A stretch of DNA of 48,315 nucleotides from a virus. Lineage: Duplodnaviria; Heunggongvirae; Uroviricota; Caudoviricetes. This document shows, one piece after another, positions 45,400 to 48,315 of this stretch. Under the pieces are notes generated by a model. That model was not told the DNA's origin. It did not search any database and saw only the letters and a program-made list of their open reading frames with translations. Positions within the stretch are counted from its first letter, which is position 1. Each line of letters opens with the position of its first letter. The stretch is from positions 1 to 48,315 of the IMG/VR virus record IMGVR_UViG_2565956711_000009. One strand, given 5' to 3'. The translations under genes were made by a program, and so were the position numbers.

Positions 45400-45601
45400 C
45401 CAGCACGGTTGGCCCGTCATCATCCACAGTTGCACTTCTAAGATAGTCCGCTATTGGCGACAGGGCCGGATCAACACCGCGTCAATCGACCGCTTTAATA
45501 ACGATTTCGAGCACCTCGACCCACACGAGGCGGCACAGATACGAGCCGAACTTGAAACAGCAGAACACTTAAAACGCCTCCGCGCTATGCGGGCGGCATG
45601 A
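45362..45601 (+). CDS. Small hypothetical protein (possibly DUF4222-like)
   Basis: 79 aa; overlaps upstream ORF by 38 nt. Confidence 0.35.
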   Translation: MFQLIQRGQIYADQHGWPVIIHSCTSKIVRYWRQGRINTASIDRFNNDFEHLDPHEAAQIRAELETAEHLKRLRAMRAA

Positions 45602-45610
45602 GGGATAGCA

Positions 45611-46228
45611 ATGTCAGATCAAAGCAAATTTTACGATTACTACATGGTGGAAGGCGATGATGTGAAATCGCTGATTGATGGATATGAGGAAATTAGTAAA
45701 CAAAGGAACGCCATTCTTCCTGATGCAGTAGGAAAAGTTGGTGCTATCGCATGGACAACATCAAGCGGATGGGGTGGTGGAGGTGGATTGCTCAGTGGCT
45801 TTGTGTGGGAAAAGGGATATGAATTCCCCTGCCCCATGACCATTAAGCGAGAACAAATGTTTGATGGTAAGCGCGTAATCCTTGGTAGAGGAAAAGGAAA
45901 CACGAAAGAAGGCAGGGCTTACAACAAAGTGCTCGACGCCGTGAAGGAAGAGGCAAATAAAAAGCTTAAATCACTTCCTGAGTGGAATGACTACATAGTC
46001 AACCATTACGGAATTATGCGTACGGGTATTGGTGGTCAGTCTGGCAGAGGTTTCGGATTTGCCATGCTATCCACATATGGAGGAAAGCATCCTAAGCGCG
46101 ATGATTGTCTGGTTTTTGCAATACCTAACGATAAAGAAGAACGGCACGGTGACGTAGTGATACCGGATAACTTCCAGAAGATAACCTACGGTCAGTTTTA
46201 CGACATCGTTAACACACCACATGAATGA
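45611..46228 (+). CDS. Gly-rich hypothetical protein, unknown function
   Basis: 205 aa; GWGGGGGLLSG and GIGGQSGRGFGF segments; GAGGGA RBS. Confidence 0.55.
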   Translation: MSDQSKFYDYYMVEGDDVKSLIDGYEEISKQRNAILPDAVGKVGAIAWTTSSGWGGGGGLLSGFVWEKGYEFPCPMTIKREQMFDGKRVILGRGKGNTKEGRAYNKVLDAVKEEANKKLKSLPEWNDYIVNHYGIMRTGIGGQSGRGFGFAMLSTYGGKHPKRDDCLVFAIPNDKEERHGDVVIPDNFQKITYGQFYDIVNTPHE

Positions 46229-46337
46229 CGCAACTGATAGCCAGTTATGAGCTGGCTATTGGGTGCGAATGCACTGCCACGTTATCACCCATTTTGCCCT
46301 CCAGTGTGAGGGCATTCTTTTTTGCCTGGAGAAAAGC

Positions 46338-46697
46338 ATGCAAACAACAATCAGCATTCAGCCGGTTCTCGTTAACCGTGAGCGCGTTCAGGAGATGCTT
46401 GGTGGTATCTCCAGAACCACGTTTTATCGTAAGAGAAGGCAATGGAAGCAATCTGGAACACCATTCCAGCCTGAAGTTAAGGAAATTCACCCACCAAAAG
46501 GTGGCGCGCCAGCATGTCATTGTGACGACGTTATCTGCAGAGGTGAAGTAATGCACAAAGCATTTGAAATATGGGTGCGCCAACGGTACGACAGCCGTTA
46601 CGACCTTACGCGAGATTGCGACGGTTTTTACTGTAGGGAAGTGGTAAAGCGGATGTTTGATGTGTGGCGCCACTGCCGTGGCCTTGACTTGGTGTGA
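46338..46697 (+). CDS. AlpA/excisionase-family HTH protein with Cys/His-rich C-terminus
   Basis: N-terminal LVNRERVQEMLGGISRTTFYRKRRQ; GGAGA RBS; about 119 aa. Confidence 0.5.
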   Translation: MQTTISIQPVLVNRERVQEMLGGISRTTFYRKRRQWKQSGTPFQPEVKEIHPPKGGAPACHCDDVICRGEVMHKAFEIWVRQRYDSRYDLTRDCDGFYCREVVKRMFDVWRHCRGLDLV

Positions 46698-46706
46698 GGC
46701 GGGTAT

Positions 46707-46943
46707 ATGAGCAATGTTATTCAGTTAGCTCCTAACGATTGGGTTTGTGAAAGTGTTCTGATCGCGGTGACCGGGCTCAAGCCCGGTACCATCCTCCGGG
46801 CCAGAAAAGAATGCTGGATGATTGGGAGGGAGTATATCCACGTATCGCCTGACGGAAATCCTAAACCTTCCAGTGAGTGCATGTATAACAGAAAGGCTGT
46901 AGATGCCTGGGTCGCTTCAATGAAAAGCAAGCAGCCAGGGTGA
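46707..46943 (+). CDS. xis: Excisionase-like protein
   Basis: 78 aa MSNVIQLAPNDWVCESVLIAVTGLKPGTILRARKE...; immediately upstream of integrase. Confidence 0.65.
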   Translation: MSNVIQLAPNDWVCESVLIAVTGLKPGTILRARKECWMIGREYIHVSPDGNPKPSSECMYNRKAVDAWVASMKSKQPG

Positions 46944-47001
46944 TTTGATGCCATGAAAAAGGTAAGCTCGTATCGCTCTTGGGCGTCTGGAGGTAACACC
47001 A

Positions 47002-48315
47002 ATGGATAAAGTCACATATCCAACAGGCGTCGAAAACCACGGTGGCACATTACGCATCTGGTTTAATTTTAAAGGTAAGCGTGTCAGGGAAAGTCTCGGT
47101 GTCCCTGACACCGCTAAGAACAGAAAGATAGCCGGGGAACTGCGGACATCAGTATGTTTTGCCATCCGCACAGGAACCTTTGATTATGCAACCCAGTTTC
47201 CTGACTCCCCTAACCTCAAGGCTTTTGGTGTAAGTAAAAAAGACATTACAGTGAAAGAACTTGAAGAAAAATGGCTGGATCTGAAACGGATGGAAATCTG
47301 CGCGAACGCATTCAATCGCTATGAATCTGTCGCAAGGAATATGGTGCCGAGGATCGGAGGTAATCGCCTGGTGTCAGCAGTAACCAAAGAGGAATTGCTG
47401 TATCTCAGGAAAGATTTGCTAACTGGTTATCAGAGTCCGACGAAAAATAAAGCCCCGGCAAAAGGGCGAAGCGTTGTTACTGTGAACTATTACATGACGA
47501 CAATGGCCGGAATGTTTCAGTTTGCTGCGGATCACGGTTACTTAGAGGTGAACCCATTCGAGGGAATTAAACCTCTGAAAAAAGCCAGGGCAGAACCAGA
47601 TCCTCTGTCTCGTGATGAATTTATTCGCCTGATAGATGCATGCCGGCATCAGCAGACGAAAAACCTGTGGTCATTAGCAGTGTACACAGGAATGCGTCAC
47701 GGGGAACTGGTCTCCCTGGCCTGGGAAGATATCGACCTGAAGGCGGGAACAATTACCGTCAGGCGTAATTATACGAAACTTGGTGAGTTCACTCTACCGA
47801 AAACCGAGGCAAGCACAGATCGAGTGGTGCATCTTATCCAGCCCGCAATCAGCATCCTGAAAAATCAGGCTGAAATGACAAGGCTGGGCAGGCAATATCA
47901 CATTGAAGTGCAGTTACGTGAGTACGGTCGTTCGGTGACCCATGAGTGTACATTCGTCTTTAACCCGCATGTGGTCAGACGCAGTAAGCAGGTCGGATTT
48001 ATCTACCGGGTCGATTCAGTAGGCGACTCATGGGAAGCGGCACTAAAGCGCGCGGGGATCAGACACAGAAAGGCGTACCAGTCACGACATACCTATGCGT
48101 GCTGGTCATTATCTGCTGGTGCAAACCCGAGTTTTATTGCCAGTCAGATGGGGCATGCGAGCGCGCAGATGGTGTTCAATGTTTACGGTGCATGGATGGC
48201 TGACAGCAGCGCAGAGCAGATCGCAATGCTGAATCAGAAGCTGGCAGATTTTGCCCCATTGATGCCCCATAGCCACGAGAGCAGTACTGGAGGATTATTA
48301 AAATCAGTAAGTTAA
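47002..48315 (+). CDS. int: Tyrosine-type integrase
   Basis: 437 aa; C-terminal catalytic segment with R...HxxR...Y (KAYQSRHTYACWS; NVYGAWM); GGAGG RBS; stop at window end. Confidence 0.85.
   Translation: MDKVTYPTGVENHGGTLRIWFNFKGKRVRESLGVPDTAKNRKIAGELRTSVCFAIRTGTFDYATQFPDSPNLKAFGVSKKDITVKELEEKWLDLKRMEICANAFNRYESVARNMVPRIGGNRLVSAVTKEELLYLRKDLLTGYQSPTKNKAPAKGRSVVTVNYYMTTMAGMFQFAADHGYLEVNPFEGIKPLKKARAEPDPLSRDEFIRLIDACRHQQTKNLWSLAVYTGMRHGELVSLAWEDIDLKAGTITVRRNYTKLGEFTLPKTEASTDRVVHLIQPAISILKNQAEMTRLGRQYHIEVQLREYGRSVTHECTFVFNPHVVRRSKQVGFIYRVDSVGDSWEAALKRAGIRHRKAYQSRHTYACWSLSAGANPSFIASQMGHASAQMVFNVYGAWMADSSAEQIAMLNQKLADFAPLMPHSHESSTGGLLKSVS

Larger units (their letters stand above)
1..48315. mobile_element. 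Lambdoid (lambda/phage-82-like) prophage, inverted relative to the lambda map; att sites not identified within the window
   Basis: Uninterrupted phage synteny from tail fibres through structural, lysis, Q, nin, replication, immunity, recombination and integration modules, recognised from translated ORFs. Confidence 0.9.

Overview
The window is a near-complete lambdoid (lambda / phage-82-like) siphovirus prophage of an enterobacterial host, lying inverted relative to the lambda map. All protein identifications are from reading the translated ORFs and recalling family motifs; no database search was run. Gene order from left to right: a LexA-controlled SOS moron pair (UmuD'-like + DinI-like), side tail fibre, small lipoprotein, J-I-K-L-M tail tip genes, a two-gene moron (lipoprotein + stand-alone FtsK-gamma domain), tape measure, G/G-T chaperone with a -1 frameshift site, an extra gene between V and G, major tail protein, head-tail joining genes, capsid, scaffold, portal, terminase, two HExxH proteins, Rz/Rz1, SAR endolysin, dual-start pinholin, phage-82-type Q, nin region, DnaC-like and O-like replication genes with ori iterons, cro/cI immunity region, early-left operon, Gam/Bet/exonuclease, exo-xis accessory genes, excisionase and integrase. 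The most interesting candidate for an undescribed system is the two-gene operon directly downstream of cI (37322-38316), in the position of lambda rexAB; its second protein carries a YoeB/RelE-like toxin motif. The FtsK-gamma/lipoprotein moron inside the tail operon (9438-10290) is the second strongest. No CRISPR array, tRNA, rRNA or IS element was seen.
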